A stretch of 62,939 nt of DNA, counting the filler, from Collodictyon triciliatum (taxonomy: Eukaryota): assembly GCA_043381765.1 (NCBI GenBank). It is 4 parts of 4 records of this genome, joined end to end, with 100 filler letters (N's around TTAATTAATTAA, not from the genome) between each part and the next. Parts side by side here need not be neighbours in the genome. Positions count along the whole stretch, not along the records: positions 1 to 19,004 come from JBHJMP010001315.1; positions 19,105 to 38,117 come from JBHJMP010001316.1; 2 more parts are not named here. One strand, 5' to 3'. Below, one piece after another: positions 13,535-26,400 of the stretch. Positions within the stretch are counted from its first letter, which is position 1. Each line of letters starts with the position of its first letter. A program made the translations under genes and the position numbers. The notes under the pieces are model-generated. The model made no database searches and was not told the origin of the DNA. It saw only the letters and a program-made list of their open reading frames with translations.

Positions 13535-14240
13535 TCTGTTTCTGTCTCAATATCAATCTCAGTCTCAGTCTCCTTTTTTTTTATTTGTATTTGCTTGCAC
13601 TTGGATTCGTCTTTTTTTCTTTTACTATTTTCTTCATGAATGTATCAGTAAATTTCCAGACTAATTGAGTAATATAAATAAGATTTTCTACTTGTGTATT
13701 AGCTGATACATCCCAGGGTGATTTTTTGGAATAGCATGAATATTAATTCACAAAATCAAGAATAAACACAGAAATATGAATAATTCTTTCTGTACGCCAA
13801 TATATTTAGATATTAAACTGTTTTTCATGGATGTGTCACCAAATATCTTTTAAAGAAAAAGCAAGAAAAAAAAGAAAAGAAAAAGAAAGAAGCCAATCTG
13901 AGAGAAGAAGCGGTGAACTACATAGCAATATAATCAATACCCCTAATCATTAATTTAGTAGCACCCTTATACCTGCATCTGTTTGGAGGGCAGATATTTC
14001 AAGTAGTGCATGAAAAAGTTGGTTATCATGAGCTACATCATTTTTTTTTTAAAAAAATTATTGCCCAGCACCATCACATTTTTATGATTTAAACATTTTG
14101 ATTTGTTCCAATTTTTTCTTGTAAAAAAACAAATTGTTATTTAATATCGATATTTTTATAGATGAAGAGCAAATCGAAGACAGCTTATAGTGACCTTCGT
14201 AAAAGGCTAATGGTAGATTCTGCAGTTATGAAGACTAAGT

Positions 14241-14300
14241 AGACATAACTTTTTCTTTGAATCGAATAAATCAAAAAAAAAAAAAAAGACACAGCTTTTT
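14241..14300 (+). mobile_element. Micro-retroinsertion (TTGAATCGAATAAA family) with degenerate TSD
   Basis: AGACATAACTTTTT [CTTTGAATCGAATAAATC-poly(A)] AGACACAGCTTTTT; flanks match at 12/14. Confidence 0.65.
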
Positions 14301-14997
14301 AAAAAAAAAGTTTTGAGAAATAATGTTCCTATATATTTATCGATGAGCTTCTGGAATACCCAATCCATACATCAATCGTTATGATAAATAACAAAATTTG
14401 ATATTCAGGTACATTTGTTTATTCTGCAAATCCATTCAACCTGTACGAAATAATGGTGCGGCCAATGTCCATCCTAATGATAAGAAAACCAAACTCACAT
14501 TTAACAACTTTTGATTGTACTTGTTTTAGTTTTTTTTATTATCAACTGCTGAAATGAATCAATATGCGTATTCTTATCCCACATAAAACTGAATACTTTT
14601 AGATACTGAGTGTATTTAAAAATTTTGTAAAACGATAGCGTTATGTATTACTTAATTTCTATTTTTATCCATATCTTGGCGGCCAAAACTCGATTGTAGA
14701 ACGATTTCGTACAGGAGATACCAATTACAGTCTCCAAAGTGTTTATTTAATATATCAACTATTCTGATTCCGAATTAGAACATTTATACGCATATTTTAT
14801 TCCGTATCAATTCACCCTTTTACTCTTCACCTAGGTAAAATCTTGTGCACAAGGTTTCGCTCATTTTTTGGATAAAAATTATTTTAATGCATTTTTTAAA
14901 CAAATTTATTTGAAAAAAAATCGAAATACATTATATTTACCGATTCTTCAAAACATTTAAATATTCGCTTATACATAAACGAATAAAATCATTCCAG

Positions 14998-17900
14998 TTT
15001 AACCTCTTACTGTACATCGCGCTCCTTGATAGTGCTATCGGTGGTTATCTGGTTATTCTCAATGTCAATTTTAGGTTCAGCAGAAAGGTATGTCTACTAT
15101 TATCTAAGCATAAGCTGTATTCAAAATAGTCGCTATATTTTCAATGTGATTTGATTAAAATTTTTTTCAGGGTTCATCGAAATGCCTGCTTTTATTCCAG
15201 AGATGACTTTGCATCGATGAATATTGAGGACGCCTATCAAATTCTCCTTGAATTTCATGAAGATATCTGCATCGTAGATATTGAAGATAATCAAAGCAAA
15301 ATGTTCTTTGATATATTTGAAACAAATGACGACGGAAACCAAACACTTTTTAGTGGACAAAATCCTGTTGAACTCATGGATTCAGCCAATCCAAGCAACG
15401 CAACCAATTCACTCAGTTCTCCTATATTTATGACTGATTTCGATGTGGCTCAAATTAATAATTCTAGCACTGATTTCCCCAGAAATTTCCATCACTCTTT
15501 GGAATACAAAAACATATCAATTTCAAACCAAAAGGATGTGCTTATATCATTTTTTGAATCATCTCATGGAGATGACTGGCTCAACAAAACTGGATGGAAA
15601 AATGATATTCCAGTATGTCATTGGTTTGGTGTTCAATGCTACGCAGGCTGCCCTGAAGAAGATTTTATGGTGTGCATTTTTCGGATAATATGATGATTGT
15701 ATCCATCCACGATGTGGTTCATATCTTAGTTTCTTGCTTCTGGTGGAAATTTTTTATGAATATTTTTAATCCTTAAATAACGTCATATTTTTAAACCTTA
15801 TTTTCTTCTCAAAGACGAACAAATGTCCTGTGGTCGGACTTTGGCTCTCTTTCAACTATTTGTACGGGAATATTGATACACTGTCAAAAATATGGGAGCG
15901 GCTCCCTTTTTTGATGGGAATCGACATGAGTTACAATTCTCTGTTTGGAAAATTACCAGACATGGACCTACCGCTACTGACGTTCTTGGATTTGTATCAA
16001 AATCAAATTACTGGAACAATACCGGATTTTATTGGAATTCCTGCGATCAAACATCTAGAAATAGACGGAAATTTACTTAGCGGAACCATACCTGATTTTC
16101 ATGGGATGCCATTGCTTACAAAGATTTTCATCGGTTCCAGCAATTTTTTAATAGGTTTGCAGATTTTCGTTCAAAATCTGGTGCACCTTGGGTCTTCAAA
16201 TGATTTTTAACATTCCATTTAATGTCAGGAACTTTGCCAAACTTCAGCGGAATCCCAAAAATACAGCATTTATCTATTTACAGTTGTGCAATTTTTGGTA
16301 TTTTATTTTTATGCATTATTTCCCCAAAATATCATATTTATACATTTGTTACTAATTGACATAGCATTCTATTGAAATTCATCAGTAGTTGCACTTAAAT
16401 TATTAGGTACTCTACCAAACTTCAGGAAGATCGCCAATGTTTTGAATTTATCCATTTACAACAACCAAATTACAGGTAAGGCGTAATAAGTCAATTCGAA
16501 AAACAACAAAATATAAACAAAAAAACAATGGATTCAGTCGTCCCTAGATTCTAATATTAAAAAAAAAGTTATTTAATTATACTTGGTTTCATTGAAATAA
16601 ACCTTAAAGGTACAATTCCTCAATTTCAGTACATACCAAATGTTTTGCGTTTAGGGATTTGTGGTAACAATCTACATGGTAATTTTTCAACTTTCCTTAA
16701 CTACCTTTGAATCGAATAAAGGAAAAAAAAACTTTCCTTAATTACGAATTATTCACTGCATTACATCAACTATTGACAATAATTTAATTTGCGGAGAGTG
16801 AAAGTTGACAGTGTAATGGTTATTTATCACACTTAGGTACTATACCAGAATTACGTTGGTGCCCGGAATTGGAAAACATATGCTTATCGAATGAAAAAAT
16901 CACGGGTAGCCATACTCTTAAATTACATAATGCAGCAATATGCAAAATAGTCTTTCTTTGATATACTCAGAAGCTTGTACCCATGAGTGCTTTTTCCTAT
17001 AATTTTTTTTATTAGGAACAATACCCAATTTCAAGTTTTTACCTAAGATGAGTAGAATGTATCTTTCAAATGGATATTTGACTGGTAATTTTTGATTTTT
17101 CGCATGTTTATTTAACAATTTGGCTAATTTTTTTTTAATAAAGGCCCAATTCCAAACTTCATTAGCATGCCTCACATGAAAGTCATGGATTTGTCCATCA
17201 ACTTACTAGAAGGTTTTTTCTTCAATTTTCTACACCAAAAACTTACATTTATTTCCTTGGTGCAACACATAATGAATATACTAATTGAATTGAGATTAGG
17301 AGAGATTCCATCATTTGAGGATATGCCCCTGCTTGATATAATTTACTTGTGCGACAATAAACTGAATGGTATGAACAATAATTTAGATAGATAGAAGCGA
17401 TTCTAATCCACTATCACAGTTATATTTTCAATTTACTTTATCTGTACAAATATTTCGATATATATCACCTTGAATCGAAAAAGATAAAATTATTTGAATA
17501 TGTTTTATTTTTTCACATTTATTCATCTCCCTTAGGTACCGTTTCGAATTTCAACTTTACACCGTTGGTAACAGAATTGTCAATGTCAGATAATGAGCTT
17601 GTTGGTGAGATAATAAAAGACATATATTTAAATGAAAAAATGACTTTTTATAAATAATATCGTAAGCGGTAATCAAGAACAACCATCATAAATGATACCA
17701 TTGGAAATAGGAGCAATACCAACCTTCCAGTCAAATCCATTATTACAAGTCATATCGTTATCTGGCAACGCACTTAATGGTATTGCCCAAATTTAATGTT
17801 GGAATATATATTTGAACTTTAATAACTAAGGTTGCGCATAGATGAATTTGAATCTATTGAAGGAATAGTACATATGGAGCTTGGTCAGCGTATTTATTTA

Positions 17901-18908
17901 AAAACCACATGTTTTATTTGAAAATCTAACAACAGGGACATTACCAAATTTTAACCTTATTCCTTTGGTCCAAAAAATATATCTTCATGAAAATGACATA
18001 CATGGTATGCATTTGTTTCCATGAAAAATTCAATGATTATTTTCTCTACAAATTATATTATTTTTAGTGAAAAATTATGTAAAATTGATAGGATTACTAC
18101 CCGACATAAGTCTTTTGCCATACCTTAACACATTATCGTTGTATCAAAATAAATTGGAAGGTTTTATTTATTTCCATTTAAAATTTAAGAAAAATAAATA
18201 CATGGCGTCTTATATTTTTCTAATCATTCTCCTATAAATATATTTAAGCAAGTTGATTAAATTGCATCTACCTAGGGATAATACCGAAATTTCAAAATAT
18301 GTCAAGTATAGATAAAGTTATTCTTTCTGGAAATATCCTAACAGGTATTTATTTTTGTAGATAATTCACGCCTCAGAAAATTTAATACTTTTCAAGAAGC
18401 TGATGATTGTGATATGTATATTATTTTCAATCTTATCGCATCGATCAATTTATTCTTTGTATACATTTTTAAAACTTTAATATTGAACGTAAAATAGGCT
18501 GTGTGCCTGACTTCCATAACCTACCTCTAATAACTGAAATATATCTTGATGGAAACAAATTGAATGGTAAATCATCATATTCATGATTGAGTTCGAAAGT
18601 TTCAAGGACTAAAAATAATCATAAAATGTCCTATCTTAATTATAAAACAAATAGAATAAAACATTTTATGTTGTCAATTTTAATTTTTTCTATTTTATGT
18701 AGGAACAATACCAAACTTCGGATACATACCAACGATTAAATATATTGATATATCAAACAATCAGTTGGAAGGTTGTGGGTTTTATTCATCACGCTGAAGT
18801 TATCTGTTGATTACCTGTTGACTAATATCCAAAAATTAGGTACAATACCGGATTTCTCTCATTTGAAGGATTTAATATCTTTGGATACATCAAGAAATAA
18901 TTTAACTG
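14998..18908 (+). CDS. Secreted/extracellular leucine-rich repeat protein (LRRNT cap plus 23-aa LRRs), 3'-truncated at the contig end
   Basis: Hydrophobic leader LIVLSVVIWLFSMSILG (~15027-15076). Cap QKDVLISFFESSHGDDWLNKTGWKNDIPVCHWFGVQC. LRR exon 15816-16153, then fifteen 69-nt exons of the form GTIPNFxxxPxLxxLxLxxNxLx. Start codon not fixed. Confidence 0.9.
16689..16745 (+). mobile_element. Micro-retroinsertion with TSD in an LRR intron
   Basis: AACTTTCCTTAACTAC [CTTTGAATCGAATAAAGGAAAAAAA] AACTTTCCTTAATTAC; 12 nt perfect, 15/16 extended; 25-nt insert. Confidence 0.8.
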
Positions 18909-19004
18909 GTTTGTTTCTCAACTTTTCAAGGTGATTTTTTTTTTTTTTTTTTTTTTTTTGTTTTAAATTGCCAAAATAAATTTTTTACCCCAAAATTTTC
19001 CTTT

Positions 19005-19104
19005 NNNNNNNNNNNNNNNNNNNNNNNNNNNNNNNNNNNNNNNNNNNNTTAATTAATTAANNNNNNNNNNNNNNNNNNNNNNNNNNNNNNNNNNNNNNNN
19101 NNNN
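19005..19104. other. Artificial contig linker N44-TTAATTAATTAA-N44
   Basis: Exactly 100 nt with a six-frame stop cassette; the same structure occurs at 38118 and 54046. Confidence 0.97.
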
Positions 19105-19152
19105 AAAAAAACCCAAAAAAAAAACACCAACACAACAAAAAAAAAAAAAAAA

Positions 19153-19204
<52 letters not shown>

Positions 19205-19295
19205 GTGAAAAGCTAATCACTTTACCCCAAGAATCTCACAAACACAGACACAAACACAAACACAAACAACAGAGACAGAAAGAGAAGCAGGCAGC

Positions 19296-19880
19296 ATGCA
19301 GACAACACACAACGCAGACTTCACCCCGCCAGACCGCAGCGCACACGCACAGCGCCTGCAGCCGCGGACACACTCGCCGATTGTGCTGCGGGAGCACCTG
19401 CACGACGCGGCTTCCACACACGGCCGCCTCTCGAGCGCAGTCGGCCGGAGCACGCAGATGAGCGACTTTGTGGACTTTGGGCCGGCCTCTCGCGCAGCCC
19501 ACGAGCGCAGCCCCTGCTTCTCCAAGCGGGCAAACATGGCTTCGCGCACCGTGCCGCACGGAGGCCGCTTCCTGTCCACCTCCACGCAGCGCGCAGACTT
19601 CCGCCCCTTCGACGCCGGCCGCGAGTCCGCCCAGCGCGCCGCCGAGTATTCGCCGAATGCCGCGCCGTCCTTCCTGCACTCGTACACGCCCACCCCCCCG
19701 ATTGCCGGCCAGTTCCACACCACGCAGCGCGACAACTTCCGCCCGCCCCTGCACCCCGCCACGGAGCCGCACCCCGCCACGGAGCCGCACCCGCCCCTGG
19801 CCACCCGCGACAACATCACCACACACCTCCGCGGCTCCTTCCGCTCCTTCGAAACCACCCAGCGCCTCGACTTCCGCTGA
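19296..19880 (+). CDS. Mn-motif repeat protein (SAXO/STOP-like microtubule inner protein), probably the last exon of a 5'-truncated gene
   Basis: GC-rich ORF with five (S/T)TxxxDF-type motifs: TTHNADF, STQMSDF, STQRADF, TTQRDNF, TTQRLDF. Confidence 0.6.
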   Translation: MQTTHNADFTPPDRSAHAQRLQPRTHSPIVLREHLHDAASTHGRLSSAVGRSTQMSDFVDFGPASRAAHERSPCFSKRANMASRTVPHGGRFLSTSTQRADFRPFDAGRESAQRAAEYSPNAAPSFLHSYTPTPPIAGQFHTTQRDNFRPPLHPATEPHPATEPHPPLATRDNITTHLRGSFRSFETTQRLDFR

Positions 19881-20619
19881 CCCCCTCTGCTCGCCCCTCG
19901 GCAAATGGCTGCCGCTTCTGTGGCCCCAGGGTTGGGTTGTGGGTCTGGGCTGCCGCGGCCTATGCTTCGGGGCTCCTGGCTATACTAAATCTCGGGTTGT
20001 GGGATGCAAGGAGAGAACAAAGGGAGCCTATGAGATTTCTTTTTCTCTTTTTTTTCTTGGATGCTGCGCTGGTTGCGCATTTGCCCCTTGCTTCATGCGT
20101 TTTTTCTTTCTTTCTTTCTTTCGCGAGAACAGTGCAAATGTCGCATGGCTGGTTTATTGTCTGCACGAACGGAAAGGAAGGCGAAGGAGAGGACGGTGGT
20201 TCATGTTTCTAATATACTTTTTTTTTCTTTGTTTGTTTGTTTGTTTGTTTGTTTGTTTGTTTGTTTGTTTTCACTATGATAATCCCTTATTTTGGGGGGA
20301 ACGAGGCATGAAGATGAGAATAGGCGTCAGGAGACAAATTGAAAGGAGTAAATTGAGTGAGTTATAATTTGATAGAAATCATTGCTTTTTTTTCAAGTTT
20401 TTTTTTTTGTGTGTGTCTTTGAAAAAAACGGTGAAGACGACTTTACTAGCATCCACCATCACTCTTGGTACGAGCAGCCTCTCTTTTTTTTTTTTTTTTT
20501 TTTGGAAATAATTTAAATGTATATCATAGAATGCGTGAGTCGGAGGGACACAAAAATGAATGCTTCAATATTATCTAATCTTGTAGCATTAAAGAATGGA
20601 ACAAGGCGTCTGGGATAAA

Positions 20620-23397
20620 TTATGAGTTGAGGCGATTGAAGAGGCAGCTCCTTACCGTCAACCCCCGAGCCTCGACAGGAATCTTCGGCGAGCCTTGAGG
20701 CTCATCTCCTTTATACGGAGGGTCTATCTTCATAACACTATCGCCCGTAGAGCGATATTTCATGAATTCCATCTCACGAACAATCTGTGCGCAGGACGGC
20801 CGTAGATACGCGTAGGCACTATACACACGCAAAACACATGAGGAAATAAAGAATTATGGTAGATCGAAAGAATGAATATACCAAGTACATTTTGCGTATG
20901 TGTTTTTGAGAAAAATGAGGGGTGAGTGCATGGATGTGTATATAAAGGAAAATGTCTGCTTTAGATGGGCGCAGTTTTTTTTTCTTATTTCTTTTGTTTC
21001 TTCATTCACATTCTCTTTTTCACCTTTCGATGGCCTGGTCGATTGAGCAGCAGGCGATGGGTGTTGCGATGATTGTAAACCAGAAGGCGGGCATTTGGTA
21101 AAGCATGAAAATGACATAGTAAATCTCTGCTGACAGTGGTGCGTTCACCCCGTGGTACATCATCGTCACAATAAACCACCCAAAGACGCTCAAAAGCACA
21201 AAAAAGATATTCCAGTTTGTCCAATACCTATTAAAGGTTAACATTCATGCCAGTGATATCTGTTGACATTTTGAAATGGCTGGGATTCATGAATTTGTGG
21301 GAAAAGCAGCAGCAACAGAAAGAGAAAACATACTTTGTCATTTGGGATACCCGCAGATTCGCTGTGAATATAATACATGTGAATGCTGTTGTCCCCAATA
21401 CCCACACTCCATCGCCACCCCCATGTCCAGACTCCATATTCGCACCCACATTTTGGAAAGCGAGATATGGGAAATAGAAACATATCTAAAAAAAATGCAC
21501 ATTAAAACTCATCAAACCCATTTTATTATAAAAAAGTATTATTATCAGTCGCCAGGGATATGAATCTGACCAAAATCACACAGCATTGAAATCATAGGGA
21601 AATAAATAAAGAGGCAACATACAACCGAGTGGACGAATCCATCAAATATGGATATGGTATAACTCAGCCCATCAAACTAGTTTGTTGAAGGAAAAAAAAA
21701 AAGAAGAGAGAAATCAATTGCTCTGGTTTAATGGGGTTCATGTGATAGCATATAATGTCTGTTGAATGTCAGAGGGGGTTTGATGCATACTCTGTCGTGT
21801 AGCCTTCTCTCGTAGTAAAGTTGTGGATACTTGTACATAGACTCTTTTGACACATCTTGTTCGAATACGGCCAGCCCCATGATTGGGAGTGCAGTGTAAA
21901 ACACGTTGAAAACAGAAAGGTAGAAGGAATCTATAAATGTCTGAAAAATATAATTAGCTAAGGTAATGTTCTTCATATTATCAATCTCGGCTTATATGCA
22001 AAATAAATTATTATTATTATTTTTTAAATATCGAAATACACAAGGACAAACAAAAATCAGAAATCTGGGGATAGAAGTCATTATTATTATTATTATTATT
22101 ATATTATTGCTCCACCTGCCCGGAGAATCCGCAGTAGATTGCAAACCAAAAATTGGACAACGTGAAGCAAAAGTTTTTATAGAAGCAGTATTTAATTATC
22201 TGGCTAACTCGTATGTATGACCATCTTCCGTGCAAAAGAAGCAATGGAGTTAGATACGTGAATTGCATTAAGGCTGATAGGTTTGACTATATGGCGGCAC
22301 CAATGTAGAAGGAAAAGGGAGAAAAAATCTATCTCGTACACATATAATATGCTCATGGAACTTCAAGAATGAACTTGGAAAAAGATTAAGATTGAATATG
22401 TTCATCTACATCTCGCACAAATTTAAAAAAAGAAAGAATCAGAAAATGTTCAATGCACGATTAGTAGGATATCGAAATTGGGCGATGGCATAATCGCTTG
22501 ACATAACCGCCTGCATACCCTCCTGACCACTAATACCAATCCCTGCAGGAATATATTGTTAAAGACTGTCCAATTATGAAACCCTCGTAGACATTTTTTT
22601 GTATTTTTGGACTGCTATCTTTGAGAGAGAGAAAAACATCTTTACCAATATGAGCTTCTTTAATCATGCTGACATCATTTGCACCATCCCCAATCGCTAG
22701 GGTTATTGCTTTCTGCGAGTTTTTCATTATTGCTACGATTTGCGCCTGCGTGCATAGAAGGTGGAATAATCATTGACCATTCATAGGTTTACTTAAAATA
22801 CGTTGGTTGGTGTACGGAAAATCGCATATAAGTAATCAAAGCCCCCATGAGGAGAGAAAATGACCAAAACAGAAGGAAGATTGGTTCATATGTTCATCAA
22901 ACGATTTCTAACCTTTTGTGAAGGGGAGACACGACAACATATAACAGATTTGCATGTGCGCGCGAATTCAACAAAATCATTTGGACAGCCATCTAAGGCA
23001 ACTCCTAGTGTATGGCCGTCAACCACAAACCCTACTTCTACTTTTTCCTGTCAGATTAAAATTATCGCAGTTAATTTTTCTGACGAAATTGATGTACGAG
23101 TGTCTAGTCTACACTACATGATGTTCCCGTTGGCGCCTGTGGTACTCTGACATATGCTCATTCAACGTCTGAGAAATCTCTTTCGCGTCAGAAGAGCTTA
23201 GCACAACTAATGGCATTTCCCTGTCGATGAGTCGACAAGCGTGCCCGATATTAATTGCTGTTTCTCTTTTGTCACCCGTCAGGACCCATATTTTCATGCC
23301 AGCCTATTGGATTATGGATGACAAGTTTTAGCACAGTGGACAGATAAAATATATATAATATGCGTCTGATAAACCCTTCATTTCCTTGAATTTAATA

Positions 23398-23433
<36 letters not shown>

Positions 23434-26400
23434 GAGGGGGGGGGGGGGGGGGAGAGATAAAATGCGTCGGATGACCAGCTAATTGATTTGCCAAGGGGTC
23501 AGCACCTTTCTTAAGGTGCTAATGCATTCTGGAACACCTTCTTGGAGTTTATCTTCGATGGCTGACGCACCAACGAATTTGAATGAGTGCTCAATCTCTT
23601 CTGCGCATTCATCAATCTGAAAAAAATAATCATCATTTGTATCAATACCAAATCAAAGGGAACCTCGAATTGATAGTGAAATACATTGAATTCAATAATT
23701 GATCGTTAGTAGCTTCATGACTTACAAGCTTATCTCGGTTTTGTAACGATATAGACGCTTTTCTGTACTTTTCGCTCCACACAATATATTCATTCTCGGC
23801 TATGATTTTGGAACCCATAGCCAAGGTCCTCAGGCCATCAACAGCAAAATTCTATGAAAAAAATATAATGTTAGGGATTATTATTCTTGTAAAGATAAAG
23901 CAAAACAAAAAGAAACACATTAGGGCAACGTCTATTCATTTTAAGAAGGTAAATCGATACATCCAGATGCAGTTGCATTTTCTTTAATGCTGCTTCTTGT
24001 CCGACAGCAAAGCGCGGCTTCATTATAGAGTCAGCACCCTTGCATAATACGATGATTTCACCTGTATTTAATACCCCATATCAATATGATTGAGTATCAA
24101 CCAACACTTAAGGGACAACTAGAGTTAAAAGTTTATAAACTGCGTTCTGAATAGCCATCACCCATCAAGCTCATCTCATCCATGCAAATAAAGTGAAAAA
24201 AAAAAACCATTGCGTATTGAATAATTGACCAAATTTGTCTTCTGAAGTAAAATGAAAACCTTTTGGCGACTTAACGACTACAGTCATACGCTTTCTGTCA
24301 CTAGTAAAATCTACTACGTTAAGAATCTTCCATTCTTGACTCTCTCCTTGCAATTGAACTATGATGGACTCAGGAGTTCTTGCCTAAGTGGGAGATTTAC
24401 AAGTGGCTCAATCCTAAATTTTACTAGAAGAAATCTGCTTGGTATGAGTAATTTTTTAAAAAAAAAAATCTATAGCATTTCAATTGCATGCCTTGAACTT
24501 AAAACCAAGATTGCGTGCCGCTGAAACCAACGCAGCTTCGTCAGGTGACGCTGCTTGATATATGATGGCTACATGTGTTGATAAATTAAAATTATGATGA
24601 CAGAAAATGCATACATATATATATATCGGTTCATAAGAGTTATGAAATATACCGTCAATATTCTCAGGCTCTTTTTTACTCTTTTCTGGAATCACAGAAT
24701 GACAAATGGACAAGTGAAGCAAAAAATCAGCGATGGCTTCGCTTTGCTTGTCGCTCTTTTGTAGGTCTTGAAGGATGTCGGGGTCTATTTCACAGAGTCC
24801 CTGATTAAATGAAAGGAAAGTATTGAGATGTTTTACATATGGTCATACCAAAGGGTCTATTATATAATTCATCTCTAAAGTACGGCATTATGAGATGGAA
24901 TAATCTCAGGGTGATTTGTATCATGTCGACTTTTGAGTATGGTTGATTATTTTCTTACATTTTTGTTATCGGTGATGCTCGAATCTGGTATTGTGTACAC
25001 AACACCCCCTATGCTACATTTTCTGAATTCCATGATATTGCGAGTCAAAGTCCCTGTCTTGTCAGAGAATATGTATTGTATCTGCCAGAATTATAATGTT
25101 ATTAACGATGTAATCTGATGAAATTACGGTCAAAGAGAACTTAACATCCCTCCATTACAATGCACAATCATTTGAGAAGCAAAAATGGGGAAGAAAAGCT
25201 TATGACTTTACCTCTCCTAACTCATCACTCAAATTAGATGTTCGGGCACGTGCGGGTGTGTCAGTCGGGGCATGGTACATGTCTAGGTCGCTGTTTATCA
25301 AGAATGCTTGGACAAGCTTTACCATTTCAATGGATATGTACAAGGATATTGGTATCAGAGTGTTGTATAATAAGATGTATGTGATGCATCCCAGTCCTCC
25401 ATAAGTGACAGAGTTCTCATCTGGAGGGAATGAAAGGTACCATGCCTTGTTTTTGATACTTTTCTGTATGATTTTTTTTTTAAAAAAAAAGAAGACTAAA
25501 TACGTAGATAGGTAAAAGAAAAGCCATAAAAATCGGTTGTATCAAATACAATAAATAAATTATAATTTATGATAAGCGAATAAAAAACGGCGGAACTTTC
25601 AACTTACAACATAATTTCCACCTAAAAAGCCGCTCAAGATAGAAACACCAACAAGAATAGAGAACACAGTGATGAGATAAAAATTGAGGCTCTTCTCAAT
25701 GCTACTTGTTTTCATTTGACTTTCACTACGAAAGATGAATATCAATGATGTGGTCTTACTTATTTAATTTTCCATAGAAAATTTGAAAAATTATGGACTG
25801 GAGTGAGAGAAAAGGTGGGAGTTTACATTTTCATCTGATTTTTTTTTTAAAAAAAAATGATGACAAAACCTGGCATTTTTCATCAATTTCGTGTCGTGGC
25901 CTGCAAAAACGACAACTCCGTCTGCCCATTCTGTGTTTCTTAATTGACAACCCTAATATGTGGTTTTGAACGCACTGATTAGAAAATCTTGAATATGAAG
26001 GAGCTTAGAAGAAGAAAATGGAGAATATGTGAAGAAAGACTCAAGTCAGGTATCTCAACTTGTACATAGTGAACGAAACAGTACTACAATAATTTAGAAT
26101 AGGCAATTGTTCATGCTATGCATCTCTAAACGTACACGGAGTAAAATCTGGTTGTTGTCTAACGGAAGTGTATGCATCCCGGCAAGCGTGATGTTTCCCT
26201 CAAACTTGTATAGTGCGCTATTGGGAGGCTCACATGATATTTTTGCATCAACTAATTTTTGTCTGGATTCTGAGTCGTCGACTAGCTTATCTGTTTCTGG
26301 GTGTGCTTGCCTCATTTTCAGATTTGTTTCACTAGAAGAATAGTGGTAGGTACAGCAATAGTAAATATCCGTGCTTAATGAATTCGTCGGATTTAAAAAT

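Noticed and set aside
19049-19060. TTAATTAATTAA repeated at three sites
   Set aside because: Embedded in exact N44 flanks; an assembly linker, so gene adjacency across these points is meaningless.
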